From a virus, in the IMG/VR virus record IMGVR_UViG_3300045911_000567, positions 1-64,000 of that record: 64,000 nt of DNA, one strand, 5' to 3'. Below, one piece after another: positions 54,423 to 63,037 of the stretch. Below the pieces are notes generated by a model. That model did no database searches. It was not told where the DNA came from and saw nothing but the letters and a program-made list of their open reading frames with translations. How positions within the stretch are numbered: position 1 is the stretch's first letter; every line of letters starts with the position of its first letter. A program made the position numbers and the translations under genes.

Positions 54423-54858
54423 TAACTCCACCCGTTTCGTATGTCTTTTTTATTGCTGCTATCTGATCTTCATTATGCAAATGGAGAACTTCTTTGGCTC
54501 TCCTTCTACTGTATGTATAATATTTCATCAATAGTTCTACTGTTTCGTCCTTGGGAGACTTATGCCACTTTAGGTATCTTTTACTAGGTCTAATTGAATG
54601 TAAATAATAATCATATTGTAGTCGTATTGGTGCCCTATGGTGACAATTCATCTCCTCAGCATATAATATCGTGGAAACATCGGCTGAAAGAAATCGATTG
54701 ATTAGATAAGGAACATACTTACTCTGATTCTCTTCGGTAAGAATATCTTTCTTCTCTTTAGTTATGTCATTGAGAAAATCGAAAAGCTCTGTTCCTTTCT
54801 CTTTAAGTGAAGGCTCTTCTGACTCAGACTCATTCTTTAAAAGATCAAAAATGTTCAT
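54394..54858 (-). CDS. gp62: Clamp loader small subunit
   Basis: LFDFLN.I..Y.PYLINR.LS..A.EMN..QYDY..SIRP.KR..YY.YS..TGG. Confidence 0.92.
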   Translation of the reverse strand: MNIFDLLKNESESEEPSLKEKGTELFDFLNDITKEKKDILTEENQSKYVPYLINRFLSADVSTILYAEEMNCHHRAPIRLQYDYYLHSIRPSKRYLKWHKSPKDETVELLMKYYTYSRRRAKEVLHLHNEDQIAAIKKTYETGGVSEQRRSRKK

Positions 54859-55793
54859 GCGAATTCGCAATCAACCATGATTCTGATTAGACATGCCATT
54901 AGTGTAATTTCTTGATCTGCACTTCTCGAACTTCTGTCGAGAGCATCATCTATATGAATAACAGCAGCAGGAATAGATTGTGGTTTTAGTACACTCTTCA
55001 ATGAGTCGTATATCTTTCGATATATCCTAGCAGGATCATTGTCGCTATTTTCTATTACCCACTCGTGAACTTTATTATATTTCTGCTCCTTAAGTGCCGT
55101 TATAAGTTTACTCAATGAGATATCCTGAACTGCTGAAAGTATCGCTTCGGAAATTTCCCCATTCCTCTGTGCAAATGTTTGCAGTTCATTAACGGTCCGC
55201 CTAAAATCGGGAAAAAACTTCATCACAACATGAGCGAGGACCTTAGAATCAAAAGTCACCGACTCCTTCTTTAGTATCATGGCAACTCTTTTATAGAATT
55301 CTTCTATGATTGCTTCTTTATCTTCGCTTGGAATTTTAAAATCTTTAACAGCACATCTAGATTGTAGCGGAACAATTATTCTATCTTTATAATTACATGT
55401 TAAAATAAAAGCACAATTCGAAGCGCATTGTTCCATTACTCCTCTAAGACCCGCTTGAGCATTGGGAGAGAGAAAATCTGCTTCGTCATAAATCAAAACT
55501 CGTCTTCCGCCAGAAAATGATAGAGCAGATGCAAATGTAGTTATAGTGTTTCTAACATCATCAATGCTGTTATCTGTAGAACCATTCAGCATCATCCACT
55601 CAAGACCAAGCTCATTACATATAGCTTTTGCTACTGTCGTTTTTCCAGAGCCTTGTTGACCAACTAGCAGTAAATGTGGAACATCACCAGATTTGACAAT
55701 CCCTCGAAAGATTTCTTTGAGAGATTTTGGTAATATGCACTCATCAATAGTAGCTGGACGGTATTTCTCCGTCCATAAAATATGCTCTCTCAT
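54855..55793 (-). CDS. gp44: Clamp loader large subunit
   Basis: LWTEKYRP..ECILP, GSGKTT, DEAD, LQSRC, FPDFRR..NELQ. Confidence 0.96.
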   Translation of the reverse strand: MREHILWTEKYRPATIDECILPKSLKEIFRGIVKSGDVPHLLLVGQQGSGKTTVAKAICNELGLEWMMLNGSTDNSIDDVRNTITTFASALSFSGGRRVLIYDEADFLSPNAQAGLRGVMEQCASNCAFILTCNYKDRIIVPLQSRCAVKDFKIPSEDKEAIIEEFYKRVAMILKKESVTFDSKVLAHVVMKFFPDFRRTVNELQTFAQRNGEISEAILSAVQDISLSKLITALKEQKYNKVHEWVIENSDNDPARIYRKIYDSLKSVLKPQSIPAAVIHIDDALDRSSRSADQEITLMACLIRIMVDCEFA

Positions 55794-55805
55794 TGAAATA
55801 TCGGA

Positions 55806-56159
55806 TTACTTTTTTTCTTCTTCTGATTGTAAGCGATTTTTGGTATCTAAGTCAAGTTCTTGCATCAATTTATTTGTCGTTTCTGCTGCCAAAATCAGTA
55901 ATTCATCTGCACTATGTTTCCTTCCCACCAATCGGTTATCTTTTTCGAGAAGAACTGTTGTTATAGCAGAGAATACTACACTTTTCGAGAGAAGATAGAG
56001 ATTATATTTAATATAATCTGCTATAATCAATCCTTGCTGTACTGCGGCATTATTAAATTTAACCGACTCTGATAAAGCATCAACTCTCATTGAAAGCTCA
56101 GCAAGACTTATCGGTGCATTCTGTGTTGTCTTATTTTCCGCCTGTTTCGCTTTTTTCAT
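55806..56159 (-). CDS. Hypothetical protein
   Basis: 117-aa ORF with AGGAG SD. Confidence 0.65.
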   Translation of the reverse strand: MKKAKQAENKTTQNAPISLAELSMRVDALSESVKFNNAAVQQGLIIADYIKYNLYLLSKSVVFSAITTVLLEKDNRLVGRKHSADELLILAAETTNKLMQELDLDTKNRLQSEEEKK

Positions 56160-56334
56160 TTTCTTTCTCCTGTAAAATTTCTAAAGTTGTTTTCCACTGT
56201 GATAGTTTTTGTTCTAGCTTGACTCTTCGCTTAGAAGATTTCACAGAGGCTAATTGTTTTTCCAAAGATTCTATTGCTCCTTGTGCATATAGAACCGGAA
56301 ACGCAAGTAACTTGATGTGGTTTGGCAATGTCAT
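56131..56334 (-). CDS. Hypothetical protein
   Basis: Probable start MTLPNH, overlapping the gp45 stop. Confidence 0.55.
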   Translation of the reverse strand: MTLPNHIKLLAFPVLYAQGAIESLEKQLASVKSSKRRVKLEQKLSQWKTTLEILQEKENEKSETGGK

Positions 56335-57011
56335 GAAAACCGACTCTCCTTTTCGAGTGCCACCCAATATTGAATCGGACATGAAAGGTTCTTAAAATTG
56401 CCAACTATGACACCCGATTTTCCTTCTGCTTTAGAAAATGCTACTTCATAATCGCCATCGACAATCTTTAAGTTCTCTACCTTGATGACAAGCCGAAAAT
56501 TTTTGTTGGGATTGACTGATACATCAACTTTAAACGCATCTGTCGCGCTGTTGTTAATATCTTGTACGTTTACCCTGATACTATCTCCAGAAGATTCCAC
56601 AACTAGATGCGGAGCTTTCAATATCAATGCGGCTTTCTGTAGTATAGATAATTCTTCTTTCTTGAGAGTGAATTTAATCTGCGCTTCAGGCACCTCGATG
56701 TTTTTGGACAAACCCTTGACGGTGCTAGGATCCGCAAAACCATAGCGAATTGATTTATTTCCGGCTTTAACTAATAAATGATCATCTTTAATTTCAAAAT
56801 CAGGATCATTAAATAAGCTCTCTATTGCCAGAAATTTATTCAAATCATATATCGTAAAGTCTCTTGGTATTTCCTCTTTGATTACCGCCTCTGCAACAAT
56901 CGAACTCTTCGGACTGATAGTTTTTAAAACCGTGCCCTGTTTAAAATGCAGACCAGTATTAATCTCTGCAAAATTTTTTAAAATAGCAAATGTGTCTTTT
57001 GAGAATTTCAT
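56331..57011 (-). CDS. gp45: Sliding clamp
   Basis: MKFS..T..ILKNF..IN..F.IYDL..FL..ENLK...GDY.V..YWVALE. Confidence 0.95.
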   Translation of the reverse strand: MKFSKDTFAILKNFAEINTGLHFKQGTVLKTISPKSSIVAEAVIKEEIPRDFTIYDLNKFLAIESLFNDPDFEIKDDHLLVKAGNKSIRYGFADPSTVKGLSKNIEVPEAQIKFTLKKEELSILQKAALILKAPHLVVESSGDSIRVNVQDINNSATDAFKVDVSVNPNKNFRLVIKVENLKIVDGDYEVAFSKAEGKSGVIVGNFKNLSCPIQYWVALEKESRFS

Positions 57012-57021
57012 AATTAAATTA

Positions 57022-57049
57022 AAAATAAGGGGCGGCGCTCGGCCGCCCC
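57022..57049 (-). terminator. Rho-independent terminator
   Basis: GGGGCGGC-loop-GCCGCCCC followed by TTATTTTT on the minus strand. Confidence 0.85.
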
Positions 57050-57055
57050 ACTGAA

Positions 57056-57301
57056 TTATGCCAATGCGTTAGTGTTGAGTCTGTAAGCTGTAACCTTACG
57101 CTTAACGAAGCGATTGCCCTGCTTACGAACTACATTAACCTTATTGGTATAAATCGGAAAACCATCTTCCCTCAACTCAAAAATTCTTGCTGAGAGTCGA
57201 TTGATTCCTAGCTTTTGCTTTGCTTCATCAACAGGAAGGTTCTTTCCCGTTAGAAGTCTGTTTAACAGTCTTTTTGATTGTGTTTGTGTTTTGCGTGCCA
57301 T
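57056..57301 (-). CDS. Small winged-helix DNA-binding protein
   Basis: EA..LGINRLSARIFELREDGFPIYT..V.AYRL; own promoter, AGGAG SD and terminator. Confidence 0.8.
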   Translation of the reverse strand: MARKTQTQSKRLLNRLLTGKNLPVDEAKQKLGINRLSARIFELREDGFPIYTNKVNVVRKQGNRFVKRKVTAYRLNTNALA

Positions 57302-57335
57302 GTTTCTCCTATAATAATATTATGCAAGGCTCTGT

Positions 57336-57364
57336 TACTATATCATACCTCTTATTAAAATCAA
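57336..57364 (-). promoter_or_regulatory. Sigma70-like promoter
   Basis: TTGATT-N17-TATAGT with extended TG. Confidence 0.55.
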
Positions 57365-57367
57365 ATA

Positions 57368-57395
57368 AAAAAGAGGGAGGCGATTGCCTCCCTCT
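57368..57395 (-). terminator. Rho-independent terminator
   Basis: AGAGGGAGGC-AATC-GCCTCCCTCT then TTTTATTT on the minus strand. Confidence 0.88.
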
Positions 57396-57427
57396 CCAAA
57401 CTACTTCTTCGATGTGGGGAATATGGA

Positions 57428-58378
57428 TTAAGAAGAAGTTGCTTGTTCGAATATGTCCTTGAGCGAATTGGTTCGCTTCTCTTCCTTTTTCTTTAATGCT
57501 TCGAGTTCCTCTTGCTGTAATTGCTTTGCTCTAAGTACACTTTCATCTAGTATAGATTCATCAAACTTTTCATATAATTCCATAAACGCTTGCTTATTAT
57601 GTGAATCAAACCTAGATATACACAACTCAATTGCCTTTCGTTTATCTTTCAATATAGAAAATGCTTTCACAATATGAACTAATCTACGAGTAGTAATGAT
57701 TTCCGAAGAGACATCAGCATAAAAATTCTGTCTGGATTGAGCTGCCCAATCAAGAAGAGCACGCACAAAAGCAGGATCTTTGATTCCTTCGTGCTCTAAA
57801 ACTAAATTGAGTATTTTTTCTTCAACCCTAGAATCGGGATAATTATGTTCAAATGTTACAGGAAATCTTTCCAAGAACGCTTCGTTCATTATATTAGTTC
57901 CAATAAACTTTCCGGACTCGGATCCTTGTCCCTTAGTGTTTGCTGTGGCTACTATATTAAATCCTTTTGCTGGTTGAATATATTGATTGATTTTCTTCAA
58001 AAAAATGCCCTTGCCTTCTAATACGGGCTGTAAACACATGATTTTCGTTGAAGCAAGATCCACCTCATCTAACAGTAATACTGCACCAGATTTCATCGCT
58101 CTGATTACTGGTCCATCAAACCACTTAGTAGAATCGTTAATTAGTCTAAATCCTCCCAATAAATCGTCCTCGTCAGTTTCAATCGTGATATTCACTCTAA
58201 TTAATTCTCTGTTAGCATGAGCACAAGATTGCTCAATCATAAATGTCTTACCATTTCCGGACAGTCCAGTTACAAACAAGGGATAGAATAGCTTCGACTC
58301 TATAATCTTTCTAATATCCTCGAATGGTCCGAATTGTACAAAAAGCGGATCTTTAGCCGGTATTGTATTTGTTTCCAT
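57428..58378 (-). CDS. MoxR-type AAA+ ATPase (CobS-like)
   Basis: GLSGNGKT, ETDEDDLLGG, LLLDEVD, ATANTKG.G, NEAFLERF, TRRL. Confidence 0.92.
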   Translation of the reverse strand: METNTIPAKDPLFVQFGPFEDIRKIIESKLFYPLFVTGLSGNGKTFMIEQSCAHANRELIRVNITIETDEDDLLGGFRLINDSTKWFDGPVIRAMKSGAVLLLDEVDLASTKIMCLQPVLEGKGIFLKKINQYIQPAKGFNIVATANTKGQGSESGKFIGTNIMNEAFLERFPVTFEHNYPDSRVEEKILNLVLEHEGIKDPAFVRALLDWAAQSRQNFYADVSSEIITTRRLVHIVKAFSILKDKRKAIELCISRFDSHNKQAFMELYEKFDESILDESVLRAKQLQQEELEALKKKEEKRTNSLKDIFEQATSS

Positions 58379-58437
58379 GATTATTCCCCCACTATTTTAA
58401 TTACTATTATTATTATACTTTATAACATCAGTTGGTG

Positions 58438-60450
58438 TCAAGAGATTAAATCTATGAATGTATTCAATAACTTACGTGAATTTTTGATATTTCTATAAAA
58501 CTCTCGCAATGAACTTTCGATTTCTGATTTGGCAATTCCGTCAATTTTTTTATTTTCTATCTCTAGCGACTTGCCGCCTTTGATTAGAAAAAATGCATCG
58601 TATGCTTCGTTGGTGATTTTGATTATTCCATCAGCATTAAATTTCTGTTCATTGTATTCTTCTGATATTCCCTCTATCTCGTGCGTAATATAAAATCCAA
58701 TAACATTGCAGTCAAATCTCTCTTTCAATGTTTTTAGAAAAAAATCGGAAGTTTTCTTTGTATTATAATCTAGGCTCGACCATGTTATCTGATACTTATT
58801 ATCCCTGAGAATTATTTCGGCATTTTTAACCAAAGACTCACCTAGAATCTTTTTTTCTTTGCCAGTTTTAACTTTATTAATAACCGAAGGGGCACTTGTA
58901 GCATCTCCATCAGTTAAGGTTATTAAATTCACAATCTGAAGGTTGTGTTTATTTTTGAAATTCTCGAATAAGTAATGAGCACAATAGGTTGCTTCAATCA
59001 GCGGAGTGCTACCCAATTTATCTGTTATGGGCATATACGATTGATCACGCAAAAGCATCATATGTTCGAGCATAGCATTAAATTCATTCATCTTCATAGA
59101 AGATGTGAAGTATTGTCTAAGACTGAATCCTTCGTTTTTGAGATCTGGTGTATATTGAATATACGTACTCTTCGGCAAAGATGCGGCCGAGTAATGATTA
59201 TCAGTAAATCCATAAACTTCAAATGGAATCCCCACTTGCTTGCAGAATAAAACAAGGACCAATAATTGTTCGATTGCTCCTTTCATATTTGGTGACATAC
59301 TAGCCGAAAGATCCAATAGCATTAAAAGTCCATGATTTTTGCCCGTTGGCACTTCGGTGGATTTAAAAAATACATCCTCGTTATATCTATAACTGTAGAG
59401 TTTATTTACATCCAATTTGCCGGTGGAAGCTGTTTTAGCTTTAAGTAATTGAATTGCCCTCTTCTTCTGTTCAAAAAGCTGAGCCAATAAACCAACAGAG
59501 GACTTATTTTCTGCTCTAAACTTTCTTAGGCTCTCGGATGCTTTAATTCGCAGAGTACTAAGATTCTGATAGAATTCTTGAAAGTCAGACAAAATTCTCT
59601 CGTATGGAACCACATAATCCTTCACATTAAAATTCTTAGTAATTTCTACATATATTTTATTCTTCAGTTTTTTCGATCCGGTTTTTGAGAAATAATCTGA
59701 AAGTGCCTTCTGTAATTTCGACATCAGTTCTATCTCTTTATCACCATTGTCGCAGTTTCCTTTTGAAGCCGGAACGGAAAATGGTTGGGGTGGATATTTG
59801 TCCGGGTGTTTTTGTGCCTCTTCTTTAGCGAACTCATATAAAATTCTGGCTACTTCTATTGCATCTTGTTGGGTTTTACATGAATCAACGAGTAGTAGAT
59901 ATTTTTGCTGCTCTTCTGTAAACTCAATCTTAGTATTTTTGAATGGTCTTCCTGAAAGTTTAAAGAAAAGATTAATTTTATCTAAGATAGAAAGATTATT
60001 CTCATCTATCTTATCTGATATGAAAGGCATATCAAATAACTCTTGTGTGCCGTAGTGATATGCCTTTAGGGTGCCTGGATATCTCTTCTGCATCAGCTTG
60101 TCGATTCTTGCATCCTCGACCAGATTCCATACATTGAAAAATCCTGGCTTATCTTCTGCTTCTTTTTTAATTTCGCTGAGATCGTTTTGACTGAATAGAG
60201 CATGACCTATTTCATGAGTCACTAGCATTGCCGATACATCATAAGATATATCTCCCCAATCTGGAAGAAATAGTTTTCTATTTTCAGTATCAAATGCAGC
60301 TATTGGTGCTACCGAATTCTGTATTAAAACATCATTAACAAAATCCACCGAAATATTCTCGGTTGCCATTAGTCTAGCAAGGGTGGCCTGTAGCTCTTGC
60401 TTTCGTCTGATTTCTCTGTCTTGTATGATTTTATTTGTGTCTGTCCCCAT
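58438..60450 (-). CDS. Metallopeptidase-VWA protein (CobT-like partner of the MoxR ATPase)
   Basis: LARLMATENI, HEIGHAL, N.VEDARI, MIDAS DLSASM, TPL.E, LTDG. Confidence 0.88.
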   Translation of the reverse strand: MGTDTNKIIQDREIRRKQELQATLARLMATENISVDFVNDVLIQNSVAPIAAFDTENRKLFLPDWGDISYDVSAMLVTHEIGHALFSQNDLSEIKKEAEDKPGFFNVWNLVEDARIDKLMQKRYPGTLKAYHYGTQELFDMPFISDKIDENNLSILDKINLFFKLSGRPFKNTKIEFTEEQQKYLLLVDSCKTQQDAIEVARILYEFAKEEAQKHPDKYPPQPFSVPASKGNCDNGDKEIELMSKLQKALSDYFSKTGSKKLKNKIYVEITKNFNVKDYVVPYERILSDFQEFYQNLSTLRIKASESLRKFRAENKSSVGLLAQLFEQKKRAIQLLKAKTASTGKLDVNKLYSYRYNEDVFFKSTEVPTGKNHGLLMLLDLSASMSPNMKGAIEQLLVLVLFCKQVGIPFEVYGFTDNHYSAASLPKSTYIQYTPDLKNEGFSLRQYFTSSMKMNEFNAMLEHMMLLRDQSYMPITDKLGSTPLIEATYCAHYLFENFKNKHNLQIVNLITLTDGDATSAPSVINKVKTGKEKKILGESLVKNAEIILRDNKYQITWSSLDYNTKKTSDFFLKTLKERFDCNVIGFYITHEIEGISEEYNEQKFNADGIIKITNEAYDAFFLIKGGKSLEIENKKIDGIAKSEIESSLREFYRNIKNSRKLLNTFIDLIS

Positions 60451-60456
60451 ATTTCT

Positions 60457-60486
60457 ATATTACAACAAAAACCGACTTAATGTCAA
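60457..60486 (-). promoter_or_regulatory. Sigma70-like early promoter
   Basis: TTGACA-N18-TAATAT; ATG 6 nt downstream. Confidence 0.7.
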
Positions 60487-60513
60487 TAGTATCATTATAA
60501 TGAATATTATCAA

Positions 60514-60768
60514 CTACTTATTATAGATCCTATATAATAGGTAGTTGAACGTGGAAAGAAATGATGTCACCGAGTAATTTAAAATCAATGGAAACCCAGA
60601 TTTAACTAAGAGTGAATAAACAATCATTATTGAGCTTCCGATCATTAGAAGAATTAACATCAATTCGCTGATGCCGGAAGTTTCTTTAGTCACAATAAAC
60701 TTAATTGTCTGAGGAACCGCCGATAGAATCAAACAGGCCGATCCGATATATCCAAAAAACTCGATCAT
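60514..60768 (-). CDS. PQ-loop / SemiSWEET-like membrane protein
   Basis: FGYIG..C...AVPQ..K....TSGIS; three TMs; PLILNY. Confidence 0.8.
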   Translation of the reverse strand: MIEFFGYIGSACLILSAVPQTIKFIVTKETSGISELMLILLMIGSSIMIVYSLLVKSGFPLILNYSVTSFLSTFNYLLYRIYNK

Positions 60769-62366
60769 GGTTTTCTAAAAATAAAAATCGGCTCATATTT
60801 AAAATATCCTTCATCTCCAGAACCAGACAATTTCACCTTACAGAAATTTTTCATCATAGGATCTCCGGTCTCTGGGTCAAGTCTGTTGCGTCCAGGCATT
60901 CTAGACAATACCATTTTTAGTGTTTCAATATGCTGCATACCCAACGATTTTAGGTAATCTATAGAATCTTGTTCTAATGGAAGAATATCCTTCTTACCAA
61001 ACTTAACATCGGCTATATTCCAAGCGATATAGCCTCCTGGTTTTAACCAATCAAAAGCGGTTTTTAGTGTTCGTTTTAAAAAATTATCTCTCCATGAATC
61101 ATATGTATCAAACTTAATCGCACTCTGTGCAGGATCGTCACTATACAGTTCCTTACAAAAATAGGCTGGACTCGTAAACACTAAATCTAGATTTCCTTTG
61201 TATTTTTGAAAATTGTCTTGAAGATGCATTTCTTCCGAACCACATTGATAGATTTCATATGTATTAAGTGGCGCACAGAATGGACCAGATCTATATGTTT
61301 GAGTATTATAAAAATCTGCAAGCTCGTGATATTTTGTTCTTCCTGGTGTCGTTGTATGATCTGGATTAGGATCGGTTCCTATATAATGAATTCCCCTGTC
61401 TTGACTTACTGCCATGGCTCCTAATATTCTTCCTCCCCAGCCAGAAGAAGGATCCCAGACTATAGCTTTTGTATTTGGCTTAGTGTATCTTTCGTAAATT
61501 AACTTTGCCGTAAGTGGAGGAAAGTTAACTGCTTGCTGACATACCGAAACTCTAAATGCTCTGAGTCCTGCTGGAAAAATTCGCTGACCTTTCTTAAAAA
61601 GTCTTATTCTATATTGGGTTGCCTCCGGAAAATATTCAAGAATTGTTTTGCATCTGGGTCTAATCAAATCTCCGCTAGTCTCTAATTCTTCTTTACTTAT
61701 AGATAGACATGTTATTTCTCGCAATTCATCAATATACCCAGAATAAAAATTTTCTTCGGTTTTTGGCTCCAAGAAATAATCGTATTCACCTCCTGAATAA
61801 TACCGTTCAAAAATTTCAATCCATCTGAGACCAATATTTTCATGTTCGGCTATGAGATATGTTTTCTTATATTCATGTAAATCCGTTTTATCAGGATGAA
61901 AAGTTCTAACGGGAGAAGCATAAACATAAAAAGAATCTCTCTTGAAATGTCTCCTAGCATAAGTAATCATCTTGTTGAGTAGGGCGGGATCCTTAAAGTG
62001 GTCATATATAGATAAACCCGCATTTACTTGAGTTGTATAATTTATTTTTGTTTTCATCATAGTAGGAAACCATTCGTTAGCGGCATTACCTACTATGCTC
62101 GTGTTCCGAATACAATCTATAGTATTGGTTAATTCGTCTTTAACCAAAAACTTATGAACAGGAAAAGATTCTAACTGATTAAATTGGTCAATTATCTCGG
62201 GTTCATCTAATCCTAATCTAGGAGGAAGACCATAGTTATCCCATAGATCAACTACAACAGCTCGCATTTCTGCGACCCATGCACAAAATTCTGCATCTGA
62301 CATCCACAACAATTCTTCAAATGTTTTATTGACAGAATGCTCTATGAGTCTATTGTTTCTTGGCAT
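60765..62366 (-). CDS. SAM-dependent DNA methyltransferase-like protein
   Basis: NFPPLTAK, WDPSSGWGGR (SAM binding), FTSPAYF..E.Y, LKPGG..WNIAD, KYEPIF.F.K. Confidence 0.85.
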   Translation of the reverse strand: MPRNNRLIEHSVNKTFEELLWMSDAEFCAWVAEMRAVVVDLWDNYGLPPRLGLDEPEIIDQFNQLESFPVHKFLVKDELTNTIDCIRNTSIVGNAANEWFPTMMKTKINYTTQVNAGLSIYDHFKDPALLNKMITYARRHFKRDSFYVYASPVRTFHPDKTDLHEYKKTYLIAEHENIGLRWIEIFERYYSGGEYDYFLEPKTEENFYSGYIDELREITCLSISKEELETSGDLIRPRCKTILEYFPEATQYRIRLFKKGQRIFPAGLRAFRVSVCQQAVNFPPLTAKLIYERYTKPNTKAIVWDPSSGWGGRILGAMAVSQDRGIHYIGTDPNPDHTTTPGRTKYHELADFYNTQTYRSGPFCAPLNTYEIYQCGSEEMHLQDNFQKYKGNLDLVFTSPAYFCKELYSDDPAQSAIKFDTYDSWRDNFLKRTLKTAFDWLKPGGYIAWNIADVKFGKKDILPLEQDSIDYLKSLGMQHIETLKMVLSRMPGRNRLDPETGDPMMKNFCKVKLSGSGDEGYFKYEPIFIFRKP

Positions 62367-62985
62367 CTTTCTTTTCTATTTTCTTTTTAAGAGTCGGCTT
62401 TTTTTCTTTCTTCGGTGCTGGGAATTGAAGAAGTCCTAATGTTTGCATTTCAGAAAAATAAGGAATACCTACATGATCTACTATTTTGTGTTTTCGTGCT
62501 TCTTCTGCCGAAAGAAACCAGTCGATGTGTTTTCTTTTTTCAACTTCTTTTTTGAAATAATCTGTGGGTTGATTGCATTTTTCTGATAGAAGTTTATATA
62601 AAACTTCGTTTAGTCTCTCGGCTTCTCTGACATCTGCTTTAAGATCCTCAATTTTTCCCCACGACACCTTACCTGCATCATGAATCATCACAGTAGAATA
62701 TTTCCCTATAAATCTCAAGCCAGGATTTCCGCTGGCAAGAAGTATACTACCGCATGACATTGCTTTTCCTAATGCTATGGTGGCTTTTGGTATTTCAACA
62801 CTTTCCATTATGTCGAGCATTGCCATCAGTGAATATATTTCTCCACCAAAAGAATCGATGAAAATTGGGATGCAAGGAAGATCGGAATGTTTCAGACGAT
62901 CAAAATCTTCTTTGAATTTCTTAACGGCATCCTCTGTAAATTCATTAACAAGAATATATGGTTGATGTTTTCTGGGGTCTTCCAT
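62350..62985 (-). CDS. clpP: ClpP-family protease
   Basis: IDSFGG, GKAMSCG (Ser), MIH (His), DWFLSAEEA (Asp). Confidence 0.9.
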   Translation of the reverse strand: MEDPRKHQPYILVNEFTEDAVKKFKEDFDRLKHSDLPCIPIFIDSFGGEIYSLMAMLDIMESVEIPKATIALGKAMSCGSILLASGNPGLRFIGKYSTVMIHDAGKVSWGKIEDLKADVREAERLNEVLYKLLSEKCNQPTDYFKKEVEKRKHIDWFLSAEEARKHKIVDHVGIPYFSEMQTLGLLQFPAPKKEKKPTLKKKIEKKDAKKQ

Positions 62986-63037
62986 TCAAATCTCCATTTA
63001 TTCATTATAGTATAATATTAAATATCAAATGTAAAGT

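Noticed and set aside
57428-60450. Cobalamin biosynthesis (CobS/CobT) linked to the B12-dependent NrdJ
   Set aside because: There is no CobN or other cob gene; MoxR-VWA pairs of this kind are common in T4-like phages regardless of RNR class.
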